Below are positions 63,201 through 64,000 of a stretch of DNA of 64,000 nucleotides, piece by piece (position 1 is the first letter of the stretch; each line of letters opens with the position of its first letter). The stretch lies in contig CBDDIJ010000003.1 of the NCBI GenBank assembly GCA_965228855.1, forward strand, positions 3,360,001 through 3,424,000. Reading direction: 5' to 3'. The notes beneath the pieces were generated by a model. That model was not told the DNA's origin and did no database searches. It saw nothing but the letters and a program-made list of their open reading frames with translations. Made by a program: the position numbers and the translations under genes. The DNA comes from Candidatus Obscuribacterales bacterium (GTDB lineage: Bacteria > Cyanobacteriota > Vampirovibrionia > Obscuribacterales > Obscuribacteraceae).

Positions 63201-64000
63201 AAACTCTAATTCTTCAGCGGATTTCGAGATCGGAAACTTCCGATCGAGCAATGGACTGACAGGCAGTATCGTGACTCAGGGAGCAGGCACGTCAACACCC
63301 GCATCTCTGCTCATCACAAATAGAGGCGGCGGCATCTACATCAAAGACATCTTGCCGGTCACTAGCAATTTGACTCTCAGCACCACGGGCGCAACAGCGG
63401 GAGACATAACCCTAAAGAAAGAGGTAACCGCAGCCGGGCATCTAACGATTTCGCTCGGGGGCACCGGACGTTTACAGTCAAAACTCTTGAGCGCAGACAC
63501 CATCCAACTACAGAGCGATTCTTCGAACATATCAGCGACGCTCCGAACCGATAGTCTGTCGGTCGCCTCTGGTGGTTCTGTCACTCTAAAAGTTATAGAA
63601 GACCTAAATGGCCCGCCGCCGGGTTCTCCTTTTTCGATAACAGCAGCGACAATCGCAGGCGATTTCAAAATTAGCGTTCTCGATGACATCCATGTCGATG
63701 GAGACATTGAAGCAGCCAACGTTTCACTTACTGCGAAAAATCATTTTATATACGCAAACGCAAACATCACGGCAAACGACACTAATGGTGTCGCCAGCCT
63801 CTACGCCACTGGCGCTATCGACGGACCAGCAACATCCGCAGTGATTCAAGCAAGCAAAGTCGAACTGATTGCAGGAGGAATCGGTGTAGGAAATTCGGTG
63901 CGAGTAAACACATCTCAACTCATCGCAGAAAGCGACGACGTTGTAAACGTCAACAGTGTGGGTTCCGCGTCCTTAAATCTCACGAAGGCATCCGCAAACA
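57271..64000 (+). CDS. Giant secreted FHA-like beta-helical protein with internal GH17 domain (3' end runs off the window)
   Basis: Not in the ORF track because there is no stop in the window. ATG after GGGAGG; signal peptide ending AHA; frame open for >2240 codons; G/N/T/S-rich repeats; GH17 motifs at about 60526-61548. Confidence 0.92.
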   Translation, partial: MSWQSTPASRRLVLTSMFCLVSTQQAHAAQEQLGRHNSDHAARAQNQLAAEARREAMEQAREALHGAREAMNNARRSQIELRTPGFNAVESNRAARIELREDYRQTRRELRLEHTLLHNASRDAGNKTLASSPRLNSKSNESAGSKHLNKSAGRTSTRETRPPSAVSTISDTGALDRVIDLDLTSADSNIVLGRKMFRGEDSVTIRVGAEDKTFSAGSQVTAAEYVAIRQKLDGGSQLLELNAQGSAIGGSFELDTVVSRQVDDLVIPANVSGIEYFTRNNSTIRVGGDLTNYGSLIAASAKKNVDSGTIAGNNIFNMENGIIATGFPEQMDVTIISGGGGSIDIGGGSPQPEQPEPQFRNSLNLNLTLKADDDIVNLGKIASNRAINIEAGGSIVNGTAGQVSYEPIVEPPTGPSDNGSIIASGSITLIGSSGGGINLPGGKIYYLQDDPVYRQRELLNGSITARGDINLSSGNGSLTNYGNITAGSNHEYPRDINVTTPGKATDVNIEGTGGVFRTDFGNINVRDASYKGASNINMVGGDYLSKQLNLFSGSGTIEGNVGKVTGTLNTVAGIEHFYAATEMLTIGNNCITGDPTFANTTGDIQIVGLNTFGEAVAFLANGNITADSSAQIVANGFNVYMIAGAAITVSAGPETNSVPGTAIGAGTTATVDFSNGNGGSINLSTSNAGTIIDTSSSTGNGGDIVLAARSNGTVGGYVVLDVGTTIDSSSTFADANGGSITVLAGANPVTAAPSIQGGNFLSSALSGTGTAGTITLATAQPTATGGTSITFDSFGQVTAGGPVVAQALAPNAQINIGTVTAQSFSSANTVNISAGDSVITGAITAANDVTISSGVSIDASSIVSGGNVFLTTPVLINDGTITSSKTGGLITVQNAAGLSLGGTGSISLTGGGAGVILLDAGANNALAFTTSHTFNPGASGSLTWLSEDEGGSITIAPAITLTVNDGGTLNIGTPKLRFLGNGSLIDAAMASTININSGGGPNSLTIELPDNGTATIVTTGGTINIEPTDGMDLSFTNPGGTGLAELNLNGGPVFTETSAASTFVNEGVALRSNNALTMDAGSGGGINGYGFQPYVGDYFNGNMLPQFNAYDLATVKALLQQLKDDGITNVSTYGQGSFTFAGTFYGPDTSSAGSNKYIIQAAYELGMTVSAGAFQQDLVGDNFDINKTKVEIQYILDQAQKYPGTVKEIIVCNESIMGLNSTNQLIQLISDAKVMRDNTPVSAGSDTKFNASTLPITTRQQWGALAGVDSLPNGDPLKPVMKTLVTTVEGHIYGNMYAYFDGALPQSYNTAPDGQTAFVTAVTNSMTGTLNAFRTAFSNQGVATEIRIGETGWPSLGLRLGPLPPAPALGDLTLAKWYYQAMREWAATANVTTTYFQSYDQPWQTVPLANVPTSVGSSEGYFGLYRAIGNNTTTQFTLTSIESKFGPGAVNSLGSNTRMLSNDGIIAANNVSIATQRLDNDGTISALSSTGGVAVSSVTDLAVVGSGTVNRTGGGTGGISFTSAGANDIVVEGNHTFDAGAGNPVAFNAIADGASFTLAQGASINLPTNNTAFSINAEHIIYNGTINDNSIVNPGTTVTFNSADSSTISNSVGDLDLKGVTVNVATGHLAILAKGSIINTGETANINVSSNVGAGGNVLMIAGHSFQTIDLDGEDAVYALDDVSTSSGNVVLTAAGHEININTSGATDAGNIEIYANGSISLNNITATGGTGSGGNLTIRGSGITVQGAIDTAGATGSGSGSVDLQSGVVVHSGVDVHGGRTESGTFSLASFAGDITVGDIATSEGSVRLQTDGTGTIRLTGATPVAHDISLLAGTGTLDLPTNTITAVEDTAGNGGEVRVSASAFTNPATIILNAIGTNTGGAAHYINTSTTAQQLDSTKVQIHARGANGGSAEITTGGDLTIVSDGIFDVQPTGANGNGAAISITAGALAPGNLLVSGSLNAGAMGTGIGGTIELNSNSSADFEIGNFRSSNGLTGSIVTQGAGTSTPASLLITNRGGGIYIKDILPVTSNLTLSTTGATAGDITLKKEVTAAGHLTISLGGTGRLQSKLLSADTIQLQSDSSNISATLRTDSLSVASGGSVTLKVIEDLNGPPPGSPFSITAATIAGDFKISVLDDIHVDGDIEAANVSLTAKNHFIYANANITANDTNGVASLYATGAIDGPATSAVIQASKVELIAGGIGVGNSVRVNTSQLIAESDDVVNVNSVGSASLNLTKASAN

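Noticed and set aside
57310..63918. Many short tracked ORFs, mostly minus strand
   Set aside because: Shadows of the single giant + strand ORF starting at 57271.

Overview
Gene-dense bacterial chromosomal window (roughly 50% GC, standard code) with about 50 CDSs. I found no rRNA, tRNA, CRISPR array or mobile element. The gene families (TPR-metzincin, RND pump, many orphan proteins, a giant beta-helical exoprotein) suggest a non-photosynthetic Cyanobacteriota relative such as Melainabacteria/Obscuribacterales; this is inference only. Main observations: (1) Two overlapping sensor kinases have reciprocal defects, one lacking the phospho-His and the other lacking the ATP-binding motifs, and an OmpR regulator follows them. 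This is a candidate obligate heterodimeric kinase system. (2) Pho-box-like promoters of identical geometry precede both genes flanking that operon and two distant genes. (3) Two ORFs are joined in frame by a TGA that is followed by a SECIS-like hairpin, giving a candidate exported selenoprotein-N-like protein. (4) A >2240-aa secreted beta-helical protein, absent from the ORF track, carries an embedded GH17 beta-1,3-glucanase domain. (5) Twin TTTACCCGGGTAAA-type operators bracket the promoter of a DUF2239 gene. (6) There are also a stand-alone cereblon (CULT) protein, a REC-LuxR-Ser/Thr kinase fusion and extended M4 and M15 peptidases that lack signal peptides.
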